A DNA stretch of 62,882 nt from an uncultured virus (IMG/VR IMGVR_UViG_3300032038_000019) (taxonomy: Duplodnaviria; Heunggongvirae; Uroviricota; Caudoviricetes), in IMG/VR virus record IMGVR_UViG_3300032038_000019; one strand, 5' to 3'. The notes beneath the pieces were generated by a model that had not been told where the DNA came from, did no database searches, and was given only the letters and a program-made list of their open reading frames with translations. Position numbers and translations under genes: made by a program. Every line of letters starts with the position of its first letter. Position 1 is the first letter of the stretch. Below, in pieces: positions 39,001 through 49,600 of the stretch.

Positions 39001-42000
39001 GCTTAACTCCATTGGTATGATTTTCGGCTGCGCCATAATTATTAGAATTATCATTAATAAATTTTTTGTTAAATTCTTTATTGTTAATTCTTAAGTAATT
39101 ATAAAAATCACCACTAATAGACAAACATGAATCTATTTTTTGAAAATCAGTTTCAGCCCATTTTCTAAAAAATGAAATTAAATCATTTCTTACATCATTT
39201 CTTAATTTATTAATGTCAAAATTAACATTTTCAGCTAAAGGGTCTTTAAAGTTATTACATAATGCCCCTATAATTAGTAATGAACAATAAGGTACGTTGA
39301 TAAACCTATTATCCTTGTCTTGAATTTTATCAAAAACTTCATCATACTTAACATATTCACCTAGGGAAGCTAAAAACGTAAATGCTCTGCCATATATATC
39401 CCTATCATAATAAGATTTTTGCCCAAAAACAGATACGTTATCAGTATGCCTTCCATCAGAAATACCAGGTAATAATAAAACCCTATAATTATCTGCATTT
39501 ACCTCGCCACTATCAAATACATCACTTTTTGTGAATTTTTTGTAATAATCATCAACATCAGTTTCAGCAACTAATTCTTTCGGTGTTGCATTTTCACCTT
39601 CTTCTGATTTTTCTTCATTTACGCTCCCATCAGAGCTTGCTATAACATATTCATTTTCTCTATAAAAATCTTTATAATTATCTAATTTAAATAATGCTTC
39701 TTCAAGCATAATTTCTTTTAACTTAGACAATTTTTCATCAGTACATTGGTTATTAATTATAGTTGAAAACCTATTGACATTTGACTCTATACATATTAAC
39801 TTGCCACTTGTGGAATTTCCACCTCCAGTAGATACTGGCTTTGTAGTGATATAATCTTGTGCGTTATTTAATTTTGTGTAAATGCCATTAACAGGCGTCC
39901 CCAAGTCATTAGAAATCTTATCAAATGAAGTGTTTTGTATTGGCACAAATGTTTCGCTTTTACTATGGAATTCTGTCAAATACCAAGAAGAGCTAATTAA
40001 ATGATTCCTATAATCAGGACCTGTTTTTCTACTTTCCCAAGCATATTTATTGTTTTTGCCGTACTGACTTACAGGCGTTGCTGATTCATCACATTGTCCA
40101 ATTTTTTCAATTGTAGATACTATATTGGCATTGTTAATCCATGTTATAAATTCTTTTGGTGGATTTTTGAAATATTCAATAAAATTCTGAGCTTCAACAT
40201 AACCCAAATTTTCAGCACCAACTGCATCAATAAACTTTCTATCAGCAAGTCCAAGTATTTCAGCCATTCTTACTATAACATGACCAGCGAAACTACTCCT
40301 ATCACTAAAGTTTATGCTACCGTAAGGCTTTTTATCAAGAATTAAATCAAGAGGGTTTAATGGAAATTTCATAACTGCCCTTGTAGAGCCACCACCTTCA
40401 CCGTCATTGCTTTTAGCTTCAGAAATAATTTTTGCCATTTCGTTCACACCATTTAACAAGCCATTTACAATGTCCTTTTCAGTCCATTGACCACTATATT
40501 CACCTACCCAAGATTCTTCCTGTTTATCAACACCATTGTCAGAATAATTTTTAGTTACTTTAGGGAAAGGTGGCACAATTAAATCTGCTTCAGAAACGTT
40601 TCTTCCAATATCCGCCAACTGATTTCTACTTATGCCAAGACTCCCTAATGTTCTTTTTTGTGATACAATATCTCTTGCACAATTTGTTAACATATACATT
40701 AATGTTTCAAAATGTGCCATTATTATTCTTGTCATTGCCTCAATAGTTGGTGAAAATCCTAAAGCTTTAGAAATAGCTTTATTTGTGACTTCACTTATAG
40801 CTTCTTGATTTTCTTGTATACTAGTATCTACACCTTCTTTCGCATCTTTTAGAGCACCTTCCAAATTATTATCAACAAAAAGGTAAGCATAATGTAAATC
40901 TTCTCTATTAATTAATGTTACACCATTTACTGTTAATTTTTTAGATATTTCTTGATTTGATTTAACACCATTTTTTAAGCCTTCACACCCATTTAATTTG
41001 TCACCATATGCTAAAGAGTCATTCCCTTTAGCCCCAGTATAAATAGCTATAGGTTTTATTTCAGTAGGGTCTAATTTTTTAACTGAAGCTTCAAAAGATG
41101 TACCTGAAGCTGCGCTAGCTAAGCTTTCATATGCATCTTTGATAGCATCGTTTTCACTCCATCCAGTATACCAATGTGAAATTTTATCAGTAAATGTATC
41201 ACCTTCACAATTAGGGATAAAAGCTAATAAACCATTTTTATCTCTAATTGTAAATTTAAACCCACCGCTTTCTATTTTATGTTCGCCCACTGCTTTGTCA
41301 ATTGTACTATTTAAAGTTGACAAAAATGTTTGATATGCTTGTGTTATTCCTGTTATTTGATTATTTTGGCTTTCAAGATTTTTAGATTCTTGTACCTCTG
41401 GACTTGACTGAACCATTCCGCTTGCTTCTTCCATTGCAGAGCCTACATTTGCTATGATTTCCCCTAATGTCATCATTGGGACATCTTGTCCGTTAACATC
41501 TTTAACAGTAAAATCATTACTTGCAATTTTTGAATCCCAATAGTCTTTCCCTAAATAGTCTGAGAAAGGCGCTGCCATTAAAGCATTCATCATTACATCA
41601 CCTAAAAATGAAAAAGCATATCCAATAAAATTAGCAGTTGCTTCGAAATTACCAGTTTCAGAGTTAAAACTTGCCCTAAAGTCAGAACATGTTAAATCAT
41701 AGGCAACAGGTTGCCCATAAAAACCTTTAACGCATAGTGTAAATTTAGGGTAAGGAAAAGTAAAAAAACATTTAAAAAACGAGCCTTCAACTGTAGGGTC
41801 TATAGAGCCATTAACATCGTTGTTACCTGTTAAATGATGTCTTGCTTCTTCAACAGCAAATAAAGACGCACCCCTAACATCAGTAAATTTTATTGTTACT
41901 TCTGGAACCATCCAATTATTATACTGTATATCTATTGAATTGATACCAAACATTTCGGTTGACGCATTTGTTTCATTTACAACTCCATTATTATCACGTT

Positions 42001-42376
42001 TTATCAAATCATTTATATAAAGCCTATTAGTGTAATTCGTTGTTAATGAATATACATCTTTACCATTTACTGCATTACTTTTACCACTATACTTAGACCC
42101 TTGCAAAAAGCTAACAGATTCTTTTCCTTGCTCACTATAATAATTTAAAGAATAGGTTTTATTATCAGTAACATAGTCACTTCTAATCGCCCTACCTTTA
42201 ACTTCAACCTTTAAGTTAACAAAAATACAGTAGTCTTCAAGAGGATTTTCAAACTCATAGTTATGTAGCCCCCTTGGTCCTTGCATTGGTATAGAATTTG
42301 TGTAGTTTGGCTCTATATATCTAATTCTTTTACCAATGGTTGTTAATTCTTCGTTATCTTTGTATTCTTCTGCCAT
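36023..42376 (-). CDS. Baseplate hub-like protein with C-terminal lysozyme-like and CHAP/NlpC-P60-like peptidoglycan hydrolase domains
   Basis: FGINSIDIQY...PEVTIKFTDVRG and YTCELDMMGDAWVQPLMYF...GTYLVEKVTHHI (late-control D/gp27-like); ISVNGV..HNEAG..TIGPG..LSQGAIDSM (GH24-like); GQCAYAVEVAI...LQEGD...HFCIYTGTEWVSDY (amidase Cys/His). Confidence 0.7.
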   Translation of the reverse strand: MAEEYKDNEELTTIGKRIRYIEPNYTNSIPMQGPRGLHNYEFENPLEDYCIFVNLKVEVKGRAIRSDYVTDNKTYSLNYYSEQGKESVSFLQGSKYSGKSNAVNGKDVYSLTTNYTNRLYINDLIKRDNNGVVNETNASTEMFGINSIDIQYNNWMVPEVTIKFTDVRGASLFAVEEARHHLTGNNDVNGSIDPTVEGSFFKCFFTFPYPKFTLCVKGFYGQPVAYDLTCSDFRASFNSETGNFEATANFIGYAFSFLGDVMMNALMAAPFSDYLGKDYWDSKIASNDFTVKDVNGQDVPMMTLGEIIANVGSAMEEASGMVQSSPEVQESKNLESQNNQITGITQAYQTFLSTLNSTIDKAVGEHKIESGGFKFTIRDKNGLLAFIPNCEGDTFTDKISHWYTGWSENDAIKDAYESLASAASGTSFEASVKKLDPTEIKPIAIYTGAKGNDSLAYGDKLNGCEGLKNGVKSNQEISKKLTVNGVTLINREDLHYAYLFVDNNLEGALKDAKEGVDTSIQENQEAISEVTNKAISKALGFSPTIEAMTRIIMAHFETLMYMLTNCARDIVSQKRTLGSLGISRNQLADIGRNVSEADLIVPPFPKVTKNYSDNGVDKQEESWVGEYSGQWTEKDIVNGLLNGVNEMAKIISEAKSNDGEGGGSTRAVMKFPLNPLDLILDKKPYGSINFSDRSSFAGHVIVRMAEILGLADRKFIDAVGAENLGYVEAQNFIEYFKNPPKEFITWINNANIVSTIEKIGQCDESATPVSQYGKNNKYAWESRKTGPDYRNHLISSSWYLTEFHSKSETFVPIQNTSFDKISNDLGTPVNGIYTKLNNAQDYITTKPVSTGGGNSTSGKLICIESNVNRFSTIINNQCTDEKLSKLKEIMLEEALFKLDNYKDFYRENEYVIASSDGSVNEEKSEEGENATPKELVAETDVDDYYKKFTKSDVFDSGEVNADNYRVLLLPGISDGRHTDNVSVFGQKSYYDRDIYGRAFTFLASLGEYVKYDEVFDKIQDKDNRFINVPYCSLLIIGALCNNFKDPLAENVNFDINKLRNDVRNDLISFFRKWAETDFQKIDSCLSISGDFYNYLRINNKEFNKKFINDNSNNYGAAENHTNGVKLSLNPNSHCALMISRLVLKPYTFVKTSHYYDTVGELVKIGENGEAKAFLNGFISALKENYGTTKEGTDAAVVSQAKDCDTDPDIKLALYRYLKLLYDKWVSGSNFENEFTMKKFFGENPESTNQDDRYFYFIDAYYNRIGNLILVNIGDVVNELINCQNQAENGYTLLSFLSSMYSANKCNFLCVQNFMDLSNEDNMRKMFKPVSMLDMDMPDVTPNFIVMYAYEKSSHLDIQGSGGDYDYPDDSFSIKAKKTGTGAEADKWPMPLNSGEDCGYYIPAFGVSYGKQYQSYFQNVSVSMDSPMVTEQSIKAQFQIASQNNESAKNTEGTATRSMVTMGQDLFTIYSNNSYTCELDMMGDAWVQPLMYFELLNVPMFRGTYLVEKVTHHIEAGQMKTHVVGVRMANTTTKIKKGWYWLSNPTQDGATSEEDKEHQLADVSNDCDYEFFPLGGTASINGMHISVNGVSAMVHNEAGGVGWIKNGGTAKILKGENKPTIGPGLTSNVWPGLREGQKKTGKDILSHYVDALKNEDKVVSGLIKGKKLSQGAIDSMFHAVHWGAAKKFVANCTTSEQVANAWFTMPFNKWKNAERYGSGWAKLCAVWGTIASGQKKITHTTISGFNVSDLKGAQFIVDKYYNPPVELVNALSTTPKAVNDKTTDKNGKNKGIWDDYIYSVQQTAINTPSCGLNIQTKKETPNSGSIILQNGTGGRDKLAVVFDIILSTYYSNIQELWWVAANEHDNGGPMRIDLVLAKKPNGNSIKVGMKINGSNAHFNGVNKNTNEKYRRSIVKFYSKNNRYNPKNPDKCVYGRVVKSKIPVEDWEKLKPTACSDLLTGGGTGGALDANKRIGNWDVGKSCVYANTHARNNSNGYHSGQCAYAVEVAISEGGVPKMKAGGNGHADNLHYDGILKQKGWVIVGQGHSMSDVLPKLQEGDTCVSNTFNGRSPSNAKHGFHFCIYTGTEWVSDYHQGSAFSPYGSKTKNWWIYRYSGSGM

Positions 42377-42377
42377 A

Positions 42378-42695
42378 TTAATTTATTCCATAAAGTACAT
42401 TATAAGTATCGATATCCGAATTATATTGCATTAAAGTAGCATCTAATGGATAAGGTATTCTAAGTTTTGCACCATTTGGTATTTGGTATTCTAAAGAACC
42501 ATATTCTGGATTGGCTTGCATTATTAGCCAATCATAATTAGGGTCTTCATAATATTGATAAGATAGTAAATCTAATCGTGTTTCACCCTCTTTATAATAA
42601 TCATATAAATCAGTTGATTTTTCTTTAATAGGTATGAATGGTACAAATTTAATTGTACCATTCGACCTGAATTTTGAATATCTATCGTAACTCAT
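42378..42695 (-). CDS. LysM-like baseplate wedge protein (gp53 / tail X-like)
   Basis: GETRLDLLSYQYYEDPNYDWLIMQANP...IPNGAKLRIP. Confidence 0.8.
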   Translation of the reverse strand: MSYDRYSKFRSNGTIKFVPFIPIKEKSTDLYDYYKEGETRLDLLSYQYYEDPNYDWLIMQANPEYGSLEYQIPNGAKLRIPYPLDATLMQYNSDIDTYNVLYGIN

Positions 42696-42705
42696 TTTTA
42701 ATTGT

Positions 42706-45700
42706 TTAATAAGGGAAAGTTTTAAATTTATCTATTTCACCTTGGTTATTATAGTTAATTTGTTCAGCCCTATCATCATATACCTCGGTATTAGCATAAT
42801 AGTTGAATGACAATGCATTTTGAAGCCTTTCGACAGGTCCTGTAAGGTTACTGCCCCCAATGAAATGGAATGACATACTTACGTTAGCTATCATAGGCAT
42901 TACACCAATTCCTTCAGAATTTAAATCCCACAACAATGGGTCATATTCTATTGATAATGATGTTATGATGACTTTAGTGTAGTAAAAATCACCAATTCTC
43001 AAAATGCAAACAGGTGGTCTACCAAATGATAAATTATTAGCTGTAATGCCTATATTATCAGATAAATCACTACCACCTATAGTAGGCCCTTGCCTTGTGC
43101 ATTGTTGTAAGAAATTAAGCCTTGCATTAAACCCTTCAGGACTGATTGAATGGAATGCAGGGTCGAAATATTTTATCTTTTCACTAATTTTTTGTCTCAT
43201 AAATGGGTCGTTCATTTCAAGACCTTTAAAGAAATCAGCTTCATTATCATACCTTCTAATGGTATTATCCGATATTTGTTCATTATAAGCTTTTGATTCA
43301 GCACCTTTATTTGTAGTTTTTCCTGCCTTAACATCTACTTCATTTGCTGTAGAAGCCTGTGTTGTCGTCTTATTATTAATAGCGTTAGTGTTTGAATCAT
43401 TAACGCCATTTGTTCTTTTAAAAGAGTTTATGTCAGTTTTTATTGTATTAAAACTATTTAAGAAAGTTGTACCAGTTTCAAACTGTAAATTAGTTTTAGG
43501 CCATTGCGTTAGTGTACTCATAACAGGTGTTTCATTCGTAGTACCATTAACATAATTATTAGTATTGTATGCTTGTGTATTTGATGTAGCACCAAAAACA
43601 TCTGAATTAGTACTTGTTTTCTTTTCAGTTACAGTATTTTTAGTGTTAGAAACTTTTTCAGTATTAACATAAACTGTTACTTCAGCGCATCTATACAATT
43701 TAGGCTTTAAATCACTAACATTACTTGCAGTTGGTCCAGGACCAACACCACCTGTTAATGGTTTATAATCAATATTATTTGCGTTAAACGATGGCATAGA
43801 TTTAAGCCAAGACAAAACTGTGTCACGTCTATTTTTATTCAAATCATTATTTCTTGATACATTTTGTGTTATACCATGACTTGATGCCCATCCTTTTACT
43901 GTAACTTGCTTTATTCCATAATTTTTAATTATATTTTTTATATTTTTTACATTTGCTTCGTTATAGCACCCATTTAAAGTATTTAAGCCAACTGAATCAT
44001 TGGCTATAGCAGCATAAACATCAGTCAGTGAATACAAAGGCATATCATCACTGATATTAAAAGTTTTTCTAATAGAATCTTGATTACCGCCACTATTTAA
44101 CTTAAAGCTTTTTGTGTCAATATAGTCAATATTAAGTACCAATTTTTCATTTCTACGTTTATTATCTACCCTATAATACCATTCTATGCGTTTTCCTTTA
44201 TGATTGCCAATTTGCTTAGCTAAGTAATAATTACTGTTATTATGTTTCACTGCGGTGGCAAAAGACCTTGCATTGCCAGTTTTGCCATCATTACTAACAG
44301 GATTTGTCACAATACTAATGCCATTACTTCTAACCTCATATCCACCAATCGTAGTACCTTTAGTGGTTGTCCAAGGGTACATATCAGGATTAGCCCTAAC
44401 AGACCCTTGATTTGCATTATAATAATATTGTGTGCCTACACCATTTAAAAGATAAGGTATTGCTAAATTGTTAGCTCTATCATCTTGCCCACTATAATCA
44501 TTAGGGAAGAAAACAAAGAAAGTAAATGCCTTTGTTGTAGGTGCAGGTTCAGGCTCATCTACTGCAACAGATGGTGGTGTTTTAATTGGCTGCGTTTTTG
44601 ATGTTAACATTTCGCACCCAGCAAAAAACCTTAATAACTGTTGTTCTGGTGAATCTACGTCATCAACGTTTGATGAACCATCGGTTTCATTTCTACGCTT
44701 CCAATAATCAAGTATAGCAGGATGGTCTATAAGTAATTTAAAGCTTAATTGTCCATCCCTTGATGTATTTGTATAAGTATATATATCTTCACCCCTTCCT
44801 ATGAAACTTGTGTTAGCCCAATTAGCTGTTACATTTTCACTAAACTTAATGTCATAAGGAGGAAACCACATTATTCTACCACCAAATGGTCCTTTTTGTT
44901 CTGCTGACAAGCCATTTGTTTCATAAGTTTTATTACCTGGTGTAAACATTCCCTTCCAAGCTAAGTTTTCTATTGAAAACATGCAACTCTTAATATCAAC
45001 GCCCTTTTTAGGTGCTATATTAACAAGTCCAGCGTTAGTTTTATATCCCAACACCCCATATTTAGTAAGTCTTTCACCACCACTTCCTAAGCCGTATAAA
45101 TCACCTGTTCTAAAAGCGCCAAAATTATACCTATCTTGCATTTCTTTAGGTGTCATTGGCGATGAGCCATCTGGTTCATCAGTGGCAAATGGTCTAATAG
45201 CATCCTTCATTCTATGATATTGGTGATGGTAAGTCCATACACGGCAATATGGGTTATCATATCCATTACCGACATCAGTACCTGTAAATGTTTTACCATT
45301 TTTAGCGTCCCCTCGTAGAAGATTTCTACCATGTGACATACCATATGCTTTACTAACAGAAGATGACATTAAATCATCATTAGGGTAATCAGTAGAAGTA
45401 TGAAATCTTGCGACCAATGTGTCATATTTACCTTCCATAAAACCTTGATTAGTTTTATTTAGCAAATCATCAACACCAATAGGGTCAGTATCAAACGTAC
45501 TATATTTACCAAAATTTACGCCACTATTAAACGTCTTGAATTTATAGCTATGTGTAGAGCCTGCTTCTTGTTCTCCATATGCTTTCAAGCCACCAATAAG
45601 GCTACCTGTAGTGTGGCCCTCATTATTATAAACAGTATCACTTGTATGTAAAGTGTTAAAAATATACCTAATTTCAGAACCATTATAATCAGTGTTCTTC

Positions 45701-46551
45701 CCTACTGCTATTTTCATTGAATCTAAGTAATTCAAATTATTAGATTCATCAGGTAAATTAGGTTTATATTTATTTTTTCCTATATTGTCATTGATGTATG
45801 ACATTGTAGTTTCCGATGGAGTAGATTTATAAAATTCTTCATAAACACCAAGACCTTTATAATTACCCCACTTAGATGAAGTTGTGTATACAGGACTAAT
45901 ATTACTATCTAATGGTGAAAAGTCTTCATATCTCCCAGTTTTCTCATTAGGTGCAACATATTTTGTTAAAATACCATTATTGTAAGCATCTGTATTAAGA
46001 CCAAAATAATCACCCATAGATTCTGAAATGGAGAACTTTTTAGCATTATGCTTGTCATTTTCTTTTATAGACAACTTCAGTGCTTGCTTTACAAAATACC
46101 CACTTTCTTTACCTAATTTTGTATCTTTTACGTCATCATTAGGGTTTACAGATGGATATTCATCAGAAGATGATAAAACATCATTTAATTTAGAACCACT
46201 TATTTTACCAACTTTTATTGAATCCAAGTCAGTAGGGAAACTAACTTTTTCATTAATGTTGGTTATACCATCAGTAGAATTATATGTTAATGCTATATAA
46301 TCTAAATAATTAGCAACCTGTGCTTTATCTGAATCAGCAAAAAACCAAGGCGTTTTACCTATTTGTGCATTGTAATAAGGGTTTGAAAGTTGACCTATTG
46401 GAGTAGAATACCCATCACTATATTCTAATTCATGATTACCTATATTCCTATCCAAATGTTCAACCATGAAACGATAGTCTTTGTTGTAGACACCAATAGG
46501 TCTTACAACAAAGCTATCTAAAACGTCTATTATTTTATCAACTATTGCCAT
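42706..46551 (-). CDS. Tail tube initiator / baseplate protein with inserted OmpA-like domain
   Basis: FSENVTANW...IGRGEDIYTYTNTSR and PPVCILRIGDFYYTKVIITSLSIEYD (tube-initiator-like); VTVKGWASSHG...NNDLNKNR...YRCAEVTV (OmpA-like); between tape measure and LysM gene. Confidence 0.6.
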   Translation of the reverse strand: MAIVDKIIDVLDSFVVRPIGVYNKDYRFMVEHLDRNIGNHELEYSDGYSTPIGQLSNPYYNAQIGKTPWFFADSDKAQVANYLDYIALTYNSTDGITNINEKVSFPTDLDSIKVGKISGSKLNDVLSSSDEYPSVNPNDDVKDTKLGKESGYFVKQALKLSIKENDKHNAKKFSISESMGDYFGLNTDAYNNGILTKYVAPNEKTGRYEDFSPLDSNISPVYTTSSKWGNYKGLGVYEEFYKSTPSETTMSYINDNIGKNKYKPNLPDESNNLNYLDSMKIAVGKNTDYNGSEIRYIFNTLHTSDTVYNNEGHTTGSLIGGLKAYGEQEAGSTHSYKFKTFNSGVNFGKYSTFDTDPIGVDDLLNKTNQGFMEGKYDTLVARFHTSTDYPNDDLMSSSVSKAYGMSHGRNLLRGDAKNGKTFTGTDVGNGYDNPYCRVWTYHHQYHRMKDAIRPFATDEPDGSSPMTPKEMQDRYNFGAFRTGDLYGLGSGGERLTKYGVLGYKTNAGLVNIAPKKGVDIKSCMFSIENLAWKGMFTPGNKTYETNGLSAEQKGPFGGRIMWFPPYDIKFSENVTANWANTSFIGRGEDIYTYTNTSRDGQLSFKLLIDHPAILDYWKRRNETDGSSNVDDVDSPEQQLLRFFAGCEMLTSKTQPIKTPPSVAVDEPEPAPTTKAFTFFVFFPNDYSGQDDRANNLAIPYLLNGVGTQYYYNANQGSVRANPDMYPWTTTKGTTIGGYEVRSNGISIVTNPVSNDGKTGNARSFATAVKHNNSNYYLAKQIGNHKGKRIEWYYRVDNKRRNEKLVLNIDYIDTKSFKLNSGGNQDSIRKTFNISDDMPLYSLTDVYAAIANDSVGLNTLNGCYNEANVKNIKNIIKNYGIKQVTVKGWASSHGITQNVSRNNDLNKNRRDTVLSWLKSMPSFNANNIDYKPLTGGVGPGPTASNVSDLKPKLYRCAEVTVYVNTEKVSNTKNTVTEKKTSTNSDVFGATSNTQAYNTNNYVNGTTNETPVMSTLTQWPKTNLQFETGTTFLNSFNTIKTDINSFKRTNGVNDSNTNAINNKTTTQASTANEVDVKAGKTTNKGAESKAYNEQISDNTIRRYDNEADFFKGLEMNDPFMRQKISEKIKYFDPAFHSISPEGFNARLNFLQQCTRQGPTIGGSDLSDNIGITANNLSFGRPPVCILRIGDFYYTKVIITSLSIEYDPLLWDLNSEGIGVMPMIANVSMSFHFIGGSNLTGPVERLQNALSFNYYANTEVYDDRAEQINYNNQGEIDKFKTFPY

Positions 46552-46603
46552 ATTTTATATAAAATATATCATTTTTTATTACTAAGATAAAGAGAAACTA
46601 ACA

Positions 46604-49600
46604 TTAAATCTTATTATACATTTTCTGTGTGTTTCTTACACTTGTTTCTTTGTTATATTTTCCGCCATTACCCATATCATTAAGTTTCCTTGAAATAATT
46701 TCGGCTAATTGTGCTTTAAATTCAGGACTGTTAAATAGCTTATTTGTATCAAAATCAGCTTGCCTTCCACCTAAATCTAATTTTATAGTACCACTTACGT
46801 TAAGATTAATATCTTGAGGTCCTACGTTAATTGGTGTTGCGTTAATTGTAGTGTTATTCTCATTAATTGTTTGCTTTTGGCCAACAACAGGTAATGATTC
46901 TACTTTTGGCGTTTGAGGTGTACCAAATAGACCACTAATTTCTTTACCTATTCCACCTAAAATACTACTTGCCATTTGTAAAGGTGCAGTAGCCACACTT
47001 GTTATTGCTTCACCAGCTTTACCAATAACACCACCACCATTTTGTTTAAGCATTAATTCATATATCTTGATAGTTGAAGAATATGCCTTTTCTGCTAATT
47101 GTGGGTCAGCTAATTCTTCATCAGTAAATGAAGCCGTTTTTTCATCATCACTTCCAAACAAGAAATCACCGAATCCACGTGCCATTTTGCTTAAAGGTTT
47201 TGCTAAGCTTCCAATTGCGCCACCAATTTTATCACCAATGAAGCCACCTGCAGCTGCACCTAATGCTGAACCTATTGGGCCTAATGCTGTGCCTAACGCT
47301 CCGCCTATTACCATACCAGCAGTTGACCCAACGGCACTACCAACAGCTTTCCCTTGCTCTCCATGTTTTTCATCAGTAGCTTCATTGATAGCTGCTTTCT
47401 TTTCCTTCTCAGACATATTAGAATTTACGATATCAGCTTTTTTAGCGTCAAAATTGCTTGAAGCATTCATTATATCACCAACAGCCATGCCTGCGGCTAT
47501 TAAACTACCTACTATAGGAATTTTTTTACTTAGTCCACCAGCTAATTTTCCTCCACTACTACCTAAAAGTTTACCTATAGGTTTTAAAAATTTAGGCGCT
47601 TTTGCAATGCTTCCAATTTTTCCCGTAATTTTATTTACATTACCTGCTGATTTAATTCTTGTTAACCTTTGTAGTGCTTTATACCTATTTACTAATCTGC
47701 CAGTGTCATTATATAACGCTTTCCCAAATTTACTAACTCCGTTTCCAGTTTTCTTACCGAAATTAGCAGCACTAACAAAAGGCTTTGAAATTTTACCAAC
47801 TACTTTGTTTTTCAGCACAACATTAAGCTTATCTTTTGCTTTCATTCCAAGATTTTTGCCAAAATGTAATATTGCTGTGCTAATTTTTTCGCCAAATTTC
47901 CATACCTTAGAAAATGAACTATTTAATTTACTTGTTTTTTCTACTAAACCTTTAAATTTTAATGAGGTAGCGTTAATGCTTTTATTAAATTTAGCAAGTT
48001 CTTTAGATGTTTCTGGCATTAATTGCTTAAATGGTGATTTGGTAAATCTACCTTTAGAATTTCTCCATCTACCATTTTTGTCTTTTTTAGCATCAATCCC
48101 AAAATAATCCCAAAAAGATGAAATATTATTTTTATCTGTAGATTTTTCAACTTTTTCTTGAAATACTGTAGGGCCTGCTATAGAGCCAAACAAATTGCCT
48201 GAAAGGCCCATTTTTTTAAACATGGCAAGTTGCATCATTGATGAAGTCATATCATCACCACTAAGTGCTGACATAGCCATTCCTTGATACCCTAAGTTGC
48301 CTACGCCTAACTTTTGCCCTATTTTGTTACCAATAAAAGCTCTAATGCCAACCTTTCCTAACATAGACAATAAATTAAACAACCCACTTTGTTGTTGCTC
48401 ATTTATTACCATTTCATTAGAATTAAGCATCGCTGGTACTTTATCACCAATATAACTGTCGCCTGGAACAATCATTCCTTCAGCAGCGTGAACAGGTTCT
48501 ACTACACCACCTTCAGCAAAATGGTTTACACCCATATCAGGCCCATTAATATCACCACTATAAACTGGATTCATACCAAATGGGATTGATGGTTTAGCAA
48601 CAGTTTCGCCAAAAACACCGTTACCACCATTTAATAAACCTGAAATAGTAGGCATAAAAAAGTTCTCAAATTGTGCAAATAGTCCTTTTTTTGATTCCTC
48701 AAACCCACTAAGATTTTCTTTAGCCGAACGATTTTGCCTACTTCTACCCATTGAAGAGCCAACAATAGTTTCCTTAATAGCATGAACATCTTTCCACATG
48801 TTATCTTGTGTTAATGCGCTATCTTGGGCTTGTTTTAATTGTTCTTCTGTTAAATCTTCTACATTTACTTTTTCTTCATTACCAAATGCATCAAGAAGTT
48901 TTACAAAATGTTTACCTGTTTTTTCATCAAAATTAGTTCTTGCTAAATCTTGTATTGCTGTTTGCTGGTCTTTTGACCAATTACCCCTAAGTTCTTGATT
49001 TATAGCATTATTCTGTGCTTTTGCAGATGCCCCTCTCGTTAGTTCTTTTACATCTATACCTAACTGGTTAGCCATTTCTTTCATCTGCATCATTGTTACA
49101 GGGTCGAAAGTAACTTGTCCAGTTTTAGAATCATATGTGCCCTTGCCTTCAACAGTCTTAATTAGTCTTTCTTGGAAAGCAGCTGGGTCAGCCATTGATT
49201 CATACAAAGCACCCATAGGGTTACTAAATTGTTGTGCAAAGCTTCCGCCCAACATTTGTATATTTGCAGACGTTTTTATTGCACCCTCTATAGAACTAAA
49301 TTTATCAGAAGCAGTCATTACTGCTTGCATATTCATTTTTAATGACTGTGACTTTAACACCATTTTTTCAATGTCATCAATGCCATTTTTAAATGAATAT
49401 GATGATGCTAATTCAATATTATCTGCAAATGTTTTAGACGCTTTAATCGCATTAAGACCTAAATATTTAGCCCTTTCTTGCAATTGTCCAGTATATGCTA
49501 ATGCATCTTCAACACCTGTTCCTAAAGTATCAAATTGGTCTATTATACTTGATGCAGTTGCTTCATCAGTAATATTGCCAAGGGCTATTGTTTGCTCTAT

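Noticed and set aside
47067..48107. 346-aa plus-strand ORF
   Set aside because: Antisense shadow of the Gly/Ala/Lys-rich tape measure gene; no promoter or motif
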